Notes under the pieces: generated by a model
What the model was told of the DNA's origin: nothing
The model's database searches: none
The model's input: only the letters and a program-made list of their open reading frames with translations
Shown here: positions 1 through 15,739 of the stretch, one piece after another
Layout of the letters: each line of letters starts with the position of its first letter
How positions within the stretch are numbered: position 1 is the stretch's first letter
NCBI GenBank assembly: GCA_009602725.1
Contig: WELB01000002.1
Location: forward strand, 1,322,296-1,386,295
Direction of reading: 5' to 3'
Source: Spirogloea muscicola
Taxonomy: Eukaryota
DNA: 64,000 nucleotides
Made by a program: the position numbers and the translations under genes

Positions 1-85
<85 letters not shown>

Positions 86-106
86 GGGGCCGCCCGCGCG
101 TCCCTC

Positions 107-3100
107 ATGCGGCGCGACTGGCGACGCCCGTCGGCGCCGCTTCGCCGACGGCTGGCCCCGGCTCGCGACCACTCGTGCTCCGGCCGGGGACCGTCGCCCG
201 GGCCCCTTGTCCTCCTCGCGCTCGCCTGCCTGCTCAATTCACGAGCCGCGGCGCCGGCAGCGGCAGCGGCGTCAGCGGCGGCGGTTACAGAGGATCAGCG
301 TGCGTGAAACGTTCCTCCATGCTGCCGAATTTGCAGTCATGCGATTGAATGCAGCCTTCTGCAGCTGCAGGCCATCGAGAGCTGATGGCGTGCAGCTGCG
401 ATGCTGTCATTTGTCGGTAGTTGGCGCCACAGAAGACCTCCTTAGCGCGCTTTGCCGTCGCATTCGTTTCTGCAGCCGGTAACCCTGTACGCGCCCATCC
501 AGACGGGCGAGCCACAGACAGGGACGTCCCGCTGCCATATGATGGCTCCACTGTCACCGCCGTCAAGTTCCAGATGGACGCCTCCGGCATCTCCGAGTAC
601 AACGGCCCCGACCACGACAATGTCCGTGTCGACATAGTGGGCCAAGGCCCGCTCTACTGGTCCGTGTCGCGATACAATCGTGGGGACCTGGCTCCCCGCC
701 TGATGCCCAGGTAGGGGTTGTGCTCAGGCGCTGGAGGTCAATCAGCCCCAAGCTCGGTTGCATTTGCCTTGATGAAGCTCGACTGTTGGATTGTCAGTCA
801 CACTGCCGCAGTCTCAGCTGGCAGTTGTGGATTCAGGGCCAGCTTAAGGCCCTCTGCTGCATGTTTGTCTGAAACATTGATCCGTTGCTCTGTATTCTGA
901 TCACAACATATGAACTGTCACTCTTTCACCAAAACCTTGAGACGTGTTGCTGGCAAGCCGACGCACTAAGGACTGCCAAGGGTTGTGCACTGTTTCAGGC
1001 ACCCATTTGCCCAGTGCTCGCTGGCAGTTGGGTACTCAAAAGGGCATGCAACATCTGACCCCATGGACTTCTCAGCTCAGGTCACTGCTCTTTCCCAGTA
1101 CACATCTGATCGCTAGTCCTCCAGATGATGCGACCACCTGCTCGTGCACTTTGTCAAGGCTGCACACATACACCTGTTCTTGGTGCTATGAGCTGAGACT
1201 CTAAACAGTGTCACTTTCAGTAAAAGCAGGGGTCTGACACTCTTCAGTCACGAGTCACCCCATATCTCTCTAGCGACGTGTTTCTGCTTGCTGGCATACA
1301 AAGTCCTGACAAGTGAGTCACCAAACAGTGCTACTCAATCTTGGAGGAGCTTGCTTTCCTCAAGTGCTTGCTGTCCTGACAGGCTTGGAGGCCTTCACCA
1401 CGCAAGGGAGTGCTGCTCGCCACGGTGGCACAGAATGGTCAGGAGTGGAACGATGGAGCTCCGCGCTTCTATGGAACTGTGGTATGTCATTTTGGTGACG
1501 AGCTCCCTTTAGCACATCTACAACCATTGAGGATCATGAGATTTTAGGAGGTCCTTTTGGCACAGTAAGGGAGATTGCATGATGAGTGACACACATGCAG
1601 CAATGGACTGCTTGTGCCCTCCTCAATATGCATCTTACGAGTCCAAATACTATTTGCAGGCTGCTGTTCTGAACTCAGCCGGGTATGGTTACAGGTTAGT
1701 GACATATCACTGTGCAGTGCCAAGATAAACAGCTTCTCCTCATGCTTGTACATCCATACCTCCTGTGATTCACAAAGTAATGTGAGCATGTCAGTAGAGG
1801 GAAATGCATCCAGTGAAAACGGACAGCTTTGGGAAGGAGAAGATAGGACTTCACCTACTTGTGTGCTTTCTGGTGTGTGCACAGCATGGAGGATGGCTTG
1901 TTTGGGAATGACAATCCAAACATGGACAGTGAGCCCTCGTGATCACTCTAAGCACTCACTGTAGTACTAGCCAGTCCTGCTATATGTTGGAAGTACTGTG
2001 CTTGTCCTTTTGCAGAAGGTTATGCCCAAGGTAGCAAGTTCTTGGGAAGTCGAGGAGCCCAACCCTGACAAAGCTTGGTCTCGCAGATGCATCACAATTT
2101 GGTTGGTCTGGCTTGCTCGCAGTGTCAGCAAGCTTGCTAAACCATGCTCACATGATCATTTTCCTTTCTTGTTGGACAGTAACTATTGGAAAGGCAGGGG
2201 AAGGCCAGGAAGCCAACATCGACGTTGCAGCTGCTTGGTTCCCATACTCTCAAGGTGCACCGCTGTGACCACCTATGCAGCTCCCATTGCCTAAGACTTG
2301 TTATAGGTGTTAGACTAAGTCTGCTGTGTGCATGTGAGACTCTTCCCGGATGGCTGCAGTGGCTCATGTATACCAAGTCTCTCAACAGGCTGGACTGGTG
2401 GATACATGTCTTCATTCCCTGCTCGTGAAGGTGGAGCCAATGGGCATTGGCATGTACGGGGTGCTCATTCCCCAGACCTTTCTGAAGATGCTCAGAGCCT
2501 TGCGATGGCCAAAAACCATGGTATCAAACTCAAGGTGCCAGGAGTAAGAAGTGACCGGGATGGCATGATTTTCACAACATCGTAAGTGAGCCTCACCCCA
2601 GAAACTGCTCCAAACCATGAGACACAGAGTGTCTGCTGACCTTGAGCACGAGCATGCAAGAAAACCATGTCAGATCAGGAGTAGCATCTCTTAGAATACG
2701 TTCGTTAATTGATTATTGCTTTTCCTTGCTCTCTGGTCGCAAATGTGCAGACTAGTATGTCAAGACAACCTCTTACTGCAACCTTGCATGTGTGGACTTT
2801 CAATCTTGGTTAACATCCTTTGTGAAGTCCTGGCGGAGCAGGACAGACCCGGGGAAGGAGAACAACGATGTCAACGTTGTGAGTGTGCGACCCAGGAAGA
2901 AGTAAGTACTTATTGCATAGAAGAAACACTTTTCATATTTCATAAACCTGAGGCTTGCTGCATGACTGTAGTTTCAGATATCGTCCTCAGTAGTAGACAA
3001 GAGCTCTCCGATCAACATTTTGTAGGTCGATGGAGAGCGCTTTTCATTCTAGTACAGCACTGGCGCAGATATTTCAGCTTGGAGGACTGCATGCAGCCTG

Positions 3101-4556
3101 ACATCATTCTGAGCTCTGACATTTCCCAGAGGTCCCAGGGCATAAAGTAGGAAACAATTGTCTTACATGGCTCCTTGCTGAGTGGGTCTATCAGAGGAGA
3201 TGGGTGGTTTGTCCAAGTGCGTGAAGACAACACAAGTGATCCTGCGGCGCTGGCAGATCGGGACCAATGGATGTTTGCCTTCCTTTACATATCATACAAG
3301 GCAGGAGGGTAATGCCAGCAGGGTCATATGGAGCGCCATAGAATGCTGTTGAATAATTGTTTAAGAAATGTTATGAGTTGTGCCTCTTGATGGTGCCATG
3401 ATGCAGGGCACCGGCAGCTGTTGTGTGGCACAGCATAAGCATGCATCATCGTGCGTCAGATATTTGTGACACCATCTTCTTATTGTTGTTTCTACCAGAT
3501 TGATAGGAGGAAGTGTTGATGGCAGTCATGGCCGGAAAACTGCTGGTTCAGACTCCTTCAGTATCAAGAGATTAGCTATTGGTCAATATGAGCTTACCAT
3601 TACTGGGCCTGGAAATCTAGGCTCTTTCAAAACGGACAGGTTGGCTTCTTAGCACTGAGTGTCCGTATGCTAAATTGAACATTCCCGCACAACAACATTG
3701 CATGGACTTCCACAAGATACCTCTCATGAGATCTTGAGTTACGCCCACAGTCTTATGGTTCTCTTGGTTTGGTGGACAGAGACGGGATGCTGCTTCTGCA
3801 GGTCAAAGGGCGAGAATCCAGCCATTGGCGTTTCACCATGCACTCATTCTTATCATACAACCACACTTCGTCGGGCACACTGCTTGTGGAGTCTCGGCAA
3901 GTTGTTATACTCAACAGCAAGGAGGACTTTCAGTTGGTTGATTCGGGTGAGGAGGTTACTTGTATCTTCTACGGCTGGTGGTGAATTTGGACGCCATATG
4001 ATATTGCTTGGCTTCACTTGTACCAGTCATTTGATACTGCCAAGCACATATGCCTGCGCAGATTTTTACTTTGCCTGGATAGACTTCAAGAATCCTTTGA
4101 CTCCTAAGGAGGGAAGAATGAGCAGCACTCCGCTGTGTGAGGGCACAGGCATGCTTTGAGTTTCTTGCATATAGAACCTGTAGATCGTCTCCCTCTCGTT
4201 CAAGTGGCAGTAGGGCTGATTGTGTGACATCTTGCAGGCTCTTTTGCAAGCGTTCTGGTCATTCACGTTCTTATATGCTGCTTGTTGTTCTACAGCTTGC
4301 CCAAATGGTCAGACGTCGTCATCATAGACACGCCTAACTGATACATGCCGTTTTTCTTGTACTGGCAGCTCGGAGAAGCCAAAGCTCTGCCTTTGCCTCC
4401 TTCTTCTCTCTGTTGGCTTCGGCTGCCATTCTTGCTTGTATATATGTTGGCTTCAAGTACTACCAGAACATGCAAAGCACAAGGAGTGGCGACATGTTCC
4501 CCCTGGATGACTACGGCAGTGCTGATGACCTTGACCGTGTCCTCCTCGGAACCTGA
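107..4556 (+). CDS. Orphan multi-exon type-I membrane protein (N-terminal hydrophobic signal, repeated beta-rich ectodomain, TM helix, short acidic dileucine tail)
   Basis: ATG 107 with hydrophobic LVLLALACLL. Exon1/exon2 junction is phase-compatible (GT at 300, AG at 474-475). Further exon-like segments: ~1382-1481 AWRPSPRKGVLLATVAQNG, ~2389-2581 WTGGYMSS...LKVPGVRSDRDGMIFT, ~3195-3308 GWFVQVREDN...FAFLYISYKAGG, ~3500-3639 LIGGSVDG...YELTITGPG, ~3780-3945 DGMLLLQV..., ~4062 DFYFAWIDFKNPL. Last exon ~4369-4556: FASFFSLLASAAILACIYVGFKYYQ...DDLDRVLLGT*. Confidence 0.65.
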
Positions 4557-5619
4557 GCCTTAATGGCTTGTTCTGTACTTGTGCCTCAATGTGGAGCCAA
4601 CTCTGTGACATCTCTGCTTGTATGTAGAAGATGTAGAAATGGAGATGTTGCCATGACTATTGAGGCATCACAGCTGGCTGCAATTTTAGCACTCAGCAGT
4701 GTTCACGAAGGCTTTCGTCTGTGGAGGGCGTGTGATGGCCAAGGATGCCTCCTCCCAAGCCTCAGTAGGCGAGCGCATTTTATAGATCTTGGCAGCTGTT
4801 TTATGTAAAGCCGAGACAAATTCTGTGCCCTTTAATTGGCAGGTTTGATCACTTGTAGCCTAGGATGCGCACAAGGTGCCATCCTTTCTTGGTCAGTGAC
4901 CTCTGTTACTTGACGAAGTTGTGAGGCACTTGGGCTTGGCAAGTCAATAGAAGACTGCCGAGCTGGGTTATCTGGAGGGCCCAATGGTCTTGCCAATGTG
5001 CTCAAGAGAATTACCATGACAACAGCATGGTAATTGTCACCCTTGGAGGGGGTCTGCTACATGCCTTGTCTGTATTACAATGACTGAGTTTCAAGCATGG
5101 GATCAAAGGCCTTCTGCGTAGGTGCAGCCTGCCACAGCCGTAGCCTCCTGGGCGGAATAGTTTGTATCTGCGGGCGGGAACACCACGTGGGGCCTGATTG
5201 TCGTAATGAATTCATGACCTGTTGAGAGTTAGATTTCATGCTTGCACTTCTTGCCCCTCCATCTCAATGACTGCCTACCAATATTTTTAAGTCGGTACAT
5301 GCTCATGGACGTGGTAAAATCTGATAGATTCATGCCGCCAAGCGATCAACTGTGGTATACCGAGTGTTGGAAAACGGAGCTGCTGGAGTACCACAATGGA
5401 TTTGCCTTGTTGCTGAACCAAGTGCCTCAATCATCAGGAAACGATGGCATCCATCCAGGGCCACTATGACCAACAGCTTTTACGCTGCTCCTGACAGATT
5501 TATGACCTGGGTTGCGCATCTGATGAAGCAAGTTCAAGTCTGCCTTGTCACTCCTGAAGCCCTGTTTACCTGACCTGGTGCTCTAGTCATCGTGAACACC
5601 TTAGCCCTCTCTTGGCGCC

Positions 5620-6170
5620 TTCCGGCCCTTTAAACCTTGTCCATTCTTTCTGGGCTCGCTCTCCAAGAGCACTCGCACCCTTCTGGTAGCTCACTTCTCA
5701 ATCGTGACTCATCTATCGTGACAGGCCGTCGCTCGTCAACAAGAACAGCCACCACGGACTTCTTCGGACGTGCTCATCCTCCTGCACTTCAGGGGCGCCC
5801 CTCAGGACGGCAGGCGTTGCGTGCCTAGCTTAGCCTTGCCCCTACGTGCCCGCACCGCTGCAAAGGGCGTACGACCGTGAAACATTGGCCCTTGCACCAG
5901 CCTGCGAGACCTTCGGGCTCTTGTCTGCCGCTTGTTGGGCTCGCGTGCTCGCTCTGCCCCGTCGTCTGCGGGAGACAGCCCATGTAGACGAAGCGCGGCT
6001 TGCTCGTCGGCAGAAAGGACCCAGGCTTAGCGTCGCACGGAGCAGCTCCGCAGGGCCGAAGCCGCCATGGCCGCCGTGGCCGAGCTCTCAAGGCCGGCTC
6101 AGCCGGCAGGAGCCGGCTTAGCTGCCGGGGGGCCTTAGCTGTCGGGGAACGGTATTACAGTTGGCGAGGA
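5620..6170 (+). mobile_element. Old degenerate fragment of CRE-like (RLE) non-LTR retrotransposon
   Basis: Translation gives LAPACETFGLL...RLSVA / QGRSRHGRRGRALKAGS, matching the C-terminus of the 30641-31282 ORF (PCAMDIYG...RLSLSLQRSQALALHQRAGRAL). Family motif accttgtccattctttctgggct at ~5635. Confidence 0.5.
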
Positions 6171-6661
6171 GTTGTCGGGATCCAGGAGAAGGGCCAGCGC
6201 AGCTACCGCCAGGGGGGGGAGAGAGGAAGGGGGGGGCCAACCCCCCTCCCCGCCAGCCGCCCACCGCCCTCCCAGGCGCCTCGCTTTCTTCTTCTTTCCT
6301 CCCTCCTGCCTCCCTCCTCCCTCCCCCTGCCGGCTGGCCGGCCAGAGACAGGCAGCGCCGCGCCGCCCGAGGCCCCCCGCCGCCGCCATGCCCGACGCCT
6401 CCGCCGCCGCCGCCGCCCCACTAGCCGCCGCCGCCGCGGAAGCGCCGCCGTCTGGGAGCGCGCCGCCGCCTTCCGCCTCTGCCTCCGGCTTCGCCTCCGC
6501 CGTGGCCCTCTTCCTCGCGGCGCCGACGACGCCGCCCGCGCCGCCAACGCTGCCCCTTGCGGCTGCTTGAGGTGACCGGCGTGCCTGGGCCCCCGCCTTG
6601 GCGGCGGCGGCGGCGGCGGCGGAGGCGGCGGTGGCGGCGGGGTGCGGCTCGAGGCGCCACA

Positions 6662-9941
<3,280 letters not shown>

Positions 9942-10868
9942 GGGGCGAGTTGCGCCGTCCCCCGGGGGCGGTACACATGAGGGGTGGCTTGCCGTAGTGA
10001 CTGCAGCAGTTGGCAATGGTGAACACCGACTGGCTGGCTGCTTGTGAAGGCCATGATCTCACATACAATTTTGGCCTGAGGAGGCGCTGCTGAGCAGGGC
10101 CTTCTGTAGGGCCTGGTGTTGAGTAAAATAAAGTTCCCGATGACCCGCCAGCTACATTCACTAAGGACCATATATGACGCAGCAGATAAGGCGGCAGCGC
10201 CCGAGGCTCTCACTTGCGAGCATGGTAACAGCTGCCACCTGACTTTCAAGTCGTACAGAGGTGCCAGAGCTTATATAACACATATTCGACCACCGGTCTC
10301 ACTATGAATAATTGCTGTTAAGTATCAGTTGGTACAAATCTCTTCTACAATTGTCACGCTCGTGTATGTACTGCAGTATAGAGCATGTAAGCCTAGAGCT
10401 GTTGCATTAAGGCCTCTCACGAGGCACAGCCAAGCGAGCAGTTTGGGCCTGTTGAATACTTGGAAACAGCCCAGTATGAGCAACACAGGGGATTGAGCCG
10501 CTCATGCCGGGGCTGTGACTAGTAAAAGTCATGACCTGCACAATAAGTACGCCACTAGTGTACACTCCATCAGGAGTAAACCCTCTGCATCACATCTTAA
10601 GTGACTGCAGCGAGCGTATGTACTTTATTGGAAAGCCCTGCATCGGGAGCAGAGGCGCAGCTCCTGCCGATGTCAGCACCAATGTAGCAGCTCCGCATGC
10701 ACGCTGGAGCCGGGGAGTGTATAGGTATGGTGCCGTTGGTAAGATAAGGGCGGGCGCAAGCAATGCTGGCACTGAGCAACGGGCAGCCACTGCTTCGCAG
10801 TAGGCACCTGCTCGCCAGTGTCATCTCCAGAACGACGGCATGCAGTCCATGCTGCCTGCCAGAGCGCC

Positions 10869-13800
10869 TCAGCTGAGAGCACCACGGAGGGGCTTGTAGC
10901 TGCCACCCTCTGAGGAGCTGTCCTTGATGGGGATGGTGAGGAAGCTGTCGCTCTGCGACTCTCCTCCATCTCTGTGGCTGGTATTGGCAGTGCTGCTGCC
11001 GCTGGCGGCGGTGAGAGCCGCCGCAGCGTTGGCTGGCGCATCTGGTGGCACACTGTCTGCGTCGCCGACCACCAAGAAGCGGGCTGCATTCAGCTTCTCC
11101 TCCATCCACGTCACAATTGTCTGCATCGACGGACGGTGCACCGGATTGGGCGCCACACACTGGCATGCAATCTCCACCAGCACAATCAGCTCCTGCAGCC
11201 GGAAGCTGTTTCCGAGCTTGGGGTCCACCAGGAAAGGCAGCATCAGCGCGTCCTCCATGTACGACTGCGCCTGCTCGCAAGATGGCGCCATGCCACCGCG
11301 TGCCAGCAGTCAGCACAGCAGTTGTGCTGCTGCATTCAAAACAACTAATTCATACAACGGAATCAAATTTTCTAGAAAGTCAACAACAATGTTCTTTTCT
11401 AACAGCACGATGGAGTGGCCAGCTTACCCAGTCATGCAGGTTAGGGTCCTCTTGCACCACCTTGGAACCACTGAGTAGCTCCAGCAGCAGGACACCGAAG
11501 TCGCGCACGTCACCAGTATGCAATGGGCCGATGTCAAAACCATGTGCACCACCTGCTGGCAGTGCGTGTGGCAGTGGCATCGTCAGCCATATTTTCCGGC
11601 CCTCCCATGGCGCTGGCACTGCCACCTTTGCGACGTCCTCAGCACTAAGCAGGACGGCGGCCGACTTGATGCCGCCATGGACAATCGCGGGGCAGAAGCC
11701 ATGGTGCAAGTACTCAAGGCCGCATGCAACATCGTGCGCGATTTGCACGCGCTTCTCCCACGATAGCTGCTCAAGGCCCTCTGTGCCCTCTGCCGCCAGA
11801 CAGTCATGGTGGGGGTCAGCGCGTGCAGCATCCACTGGAGCATCTGGATGGCTGTGGGTTTCATTTGGTTTGTCTCAACAGGCCAGTGCAAGAATTCGGT
11901 GAGGACAGAGGTTGAGCAAACTAGCTCTTACGAATGACAGCTGATCTGTGCATTGAACAAAATATCATTTGAGTCACGGTAATGCATACCGTGCAGGCGG
12001 TGGCAGAGGCTCTCATTGGGCATGTACTCGTACACAAGCGCCTGGTTGGTGCCTCCGCTACTGCTGTCATTGCCGGTGGTGCAGTAGCCCACGAGGTTGA
12101 GGAGGTTGCGGTGGTGGAGGCGCAAGAGGAGCCGCACCTCCCGCAGGAACTCTGCTGGAGGCACGCTAGTGCACCGCTTGACGACCAGCTTCATGCCCGC
12201 CAGCCTCCCCGTCATGGGCTCTGCGTAGTGCAGCTCAGCACCGGCCGTGGTGTGCACCACCATGGAGTAGCTCTTGGTGAAGTCCTCTAGCTCCGCTGGA
12301 TTGAGAATCATGACTTGCTGGGACGGCGGCCCTGCTCAGCTTGCAGGAAACGAACATCACAACCCATCAAATCAGGTGACTTGGGCCGCAGCTCCGCAGG
12401 TACTGTGCGTCTGAAGAGGTGATGCCGACACGATTTAACAAGGGAACACAGGAATGTGAAGCAAGCACACAATTGTAAGCCTACGGGCCAGTCTTTAGGC
12501 AAGGGCTTCGTCTGACAAAGATGGCTCTGCAGCTACTCACGCTTTGCATATTCTTCTCTTGCAAAGTGGGGCACAATGACCATCTTCTTTCGGCGCGTCC
12601 GCCTCACAGACTTGACAATGATAATCAGCAGGATGACCAGAAGCACCAGCACAGCAACCGATACTGCTATACCAACAATGAGGCCCGTGTTGCTTGAAGA
12701 ATGCATGTGCCCCAAAGTGTTTGTCGCATTTGAAGAAGAGCCTGCAAACGTAGAATGTGGCACAGACGAAGGCCTCAGGCTGGCTTTCAGCTGTGGCAAG
12801 CAGATGGACACTCCTTGCCACTCTAAGCAGAGCTTAGCATCATCTGCATGATGGGAGGCGTGATGGCAGGTCTCCATTGATGCTGCTGCGTCGTACTGGA
12901 GATAGCTGTATCCCTCACCGAGGACGGTCTCGTTGGTGGAGACGCCCTCGTAGAAGCTTGCGCACGCACTGCTGGACCGCTGGGACTGCTGGCCCTCAAT
13001 GCAGTTGCCGGCAAAGCTGCAACAAGAACCATAGAGCGGGCCCTGTAATACACAGCACCCTGCAGGTTCTTGCAGAGGCGCAGAGCATCACAGTAGAGGT
13101 TCGCGCCCTGTTCGAGATGTGGCGAGCGCACCTGAAGCTGGCAAAGCTCGGAACAGCAAAGAGTAGCTTTCCATTGAGATAGTTGAAGGACACATCCCTG
13201 CGCATCCGATGCATTTGAGGCGGGTGTCATGCAGATCGGTGGCAGGAGGCATTTGTCCAATTTCCTAGAAGCAATGAACAGCTTCTGACCACCTCAACAA
13301 GAACGACAAGGAACGGTATCAAGGGCCGCAAGTGGCGGATGATCCTTGGTGCTACATAAGCTAGGCCGTGGGTGACTCACACCAAAGTGAGGTTGTTTGT
13401 AAACAGCTTGTTGGGGAGCGGGCCAGTGAGGAAATTGTTTTGCAGGTGGCTGCAGGTTGAGCGGAGGGTCATCAGAGCTTTCAGGACCGCATTGCGCATG
13501 ATCAGCAAATGCTGACTTTGGCTACTGAGAGGGTCAGAAAGTAGATGATGAACTTCGGGAGGCATCCGAACAGTCGATATGCCCATCATGGTGTCTGTGT
13601 TGCATGCATTGCAAGGTTCACTTTACATGCAAACGTGCGGACAGCCAGGCGGGGGCAGCCGATTGCCGGCAGCTCACAGCTGCTGCAGCTGCGGAAAAGC
13701 GGCGAGCTTCGTGGGGTACATTCCGCTGAAAGCGTTGGACGACAGGTCGACAATCTGCAGCACCGGCATGGCCGCTAGGCGCGGGATGTCGCCGGTCAAC

Positions 13801-15330
13801 TGGTTGCTCTGCAGGATCCTGCAACGCAACCCCAGACATGCAATCAGTGAACGTCCCATCATGTGTGCAGCGACTGTGGCGCTGCCGCAGCAATGCAGGG
13901 GGCCCAAAGCGGCCCTCACAGGTACTGCAGTGACGCGAGGCGCCCGAGCGACAGCGGGAGCGTGCCGTTGAGGCTGTTTGAGCTCAGGTCCCTGCATTGC
14001 ACCAGCAGCGCCATCGTCGTGATCACTCTTTGGTCCATCAAGCGCAAGTCGAGAGTTGGGGCTTCATCCCAGCGGCAAGGCGCCGACTTCTTGAAATTTG
14101 CGATGCTCACAGCTGCTTCAAGTCGGAGCAGCGGCCGAGCGCATCGGGGATGGCGCCGCTGAGGTGGTTGTTGTACAGGTACAGCGTCTGCAGGGCCTGG
14201 AGCCGCCCGAGGGACGCCGGGATGCCGCCGCCGAAGCGGTTGTAGCTCAGGTCCCTGCGCCGCGTCGGCAGCCAGCGCCGGCGTCAGGGCCAGAGCTTCA
14301 GTGCCCGTCTCGACGGGCAATGGACGCTTGGAGAGGGCAGCTCGGCGGCGCTGCCGGTCAGCGAGACAGGCAACGGACGTAGCTGCAGCGCAGGGTGCAC
14401 ACTCACAGGTAGCTGAGCTCGGAGAGGTCGCCGAGGCGCGACGGGACCGTGCCTCCCAGGTCGTTGTCGGCCAGCGAGCTGCCATGGCCGCGGCAGGATG
14501 CATGGCCACCCATCAGCGCGCTGCATTGCAGCTGCAGAGCTGGCGCTGCCACGAGGCTGCCGACGATGGCAGCCGGGTCTGGGCGCTCACATGTAGCTGA
14601 GCTTGCGGAGGCGCAGGACGGCGCCGGGCAGGCCGGCGCCGTGCACGCCGGCGCTGGTCATGTCGAGGACCGCGAGGTCTCCGAGCTGGAGGATGGCGTC
14701 CCACGGCAGCGTGACGTTCAGCGGCAGCTCCACGCGGCCGTACGCCGACAGGTTCGTGCCCGACAGCAGCCTGGCCGCCACCCACGACCGAGCCGAAGCT
14801 TGTGTTGAGTGATGGGGGGCCAGAGCAATCAAGCCATAATGCAAGTACATTAACAGAGAAGGATTTGCGTCAAGAGGCAAGCACATCTACGAGTGGCGGC
14901 AGGCGGAGTCGTGGGATAAAGAGGGAGCGGCGCACAGGTTGGTGACGCGGTTGTCGCGGCAGGCGACGCCGGCCCAGGCGCTGGGGTCCAGCGCGCAGGG
15001 CCAGGAGAGGAGCGCGTCGTCGCCAATGGCGGCGGCGCCGTCGTCCACCGCCCAGCTCGCCAGCGCCTCGCCGGCGCCGCCGCCCAGCCCATCCTTGAGC
15101 CGCAGCAGCGCCGCGCCTGCAGCGGCGGAGGCGGCGCAGCAGCCTGAGGTGAGGCGGGCCGCGATCCATGGCCGCCGTCGTCTCACGCGGCGGCGGCGGC
15201 GGCGGCGGNNNNNNNNNNNNNNNNNNNNNNNNNNNNNNNNNNNNNNNNNNNNNNNNNNNNNNNNNNNNNNNNNNNNNNNNNNNCTCGTCGCCGGCGCCGT
15301 GGCCGGCGCCGGCGCCGCAATGCCGCCCAT
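10869..15330 (-). CDS. LRR receptor-like kinase with degenerate (pseudo)kinase domain; 5' part crosses an N gap
   Basis: LRRNT-like W..DPSAWAGVAC; plant LRR exons (DLSSNSLNGTLPLSLG, LQSNQLTGDIP, LQNNFLTGPLP); TM LIVGIAVSVAVLVLLVILLIIIV followed by RRTRRKK; kinase motifs EFLREV..L.RLHHRNLLNLVGYC, LVYEYMPNESL, LSWEKRVQIAHDVACGLEYLHH, FGVLLLELLSG, RPSM. Confidence 0.88.
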
Positions 15331-15739
15331 GTGGGCGCGCCGCCGCAGGCTGGCAGCTGGGCTTCGCGGCCGAGGAGCGCAGGCGGAGGAGGGAGGGCAG
15401 GGGGGCCGCGAGGCGGCGGCACAGGGGCTCGGAGGGGGGAAGGAGGGAGGGCGGGGCTCAGCGCCCGAGCTGAGCTCGGGGCTCCAGGAATGGAGGGGGG
15501 GGGGGGCGCGGGGGCCAGATTAGCAGGGCCCTTCTACTCTAGCGGCGGTCGAGCCCGGCGGTGGTGGCAGCTGGGCCCCGCCAGCCGGCCCCGCCAAATG
15601 TGGCCAGGCGTCGGGGGAGGGGCCGCTGTCGGGCGGGTGGGCCCCTTCCCGCCCGGGGGGCCACTTGCATGCGACTGCCGCCATTACCATTGCCAGCTGC
15701 CATCGGAAGTACAGTATGTCTTTCCCAATGCGCTGCAGC

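Noticed and set aside
1..81. Long poly(A) run (also 23774-23886 and 49406-49436) as a retrotransposon tail or poly-Lys/Phe ORF
   Set aside because: The two internal runs directly abut N gaps and this one sits at the window edge; most likely contig-end artefacts.
4830..5575. Short ORFs between the orphan gene and GFAT
   Set aside because: No recognisable motifs or consistent exon chain.
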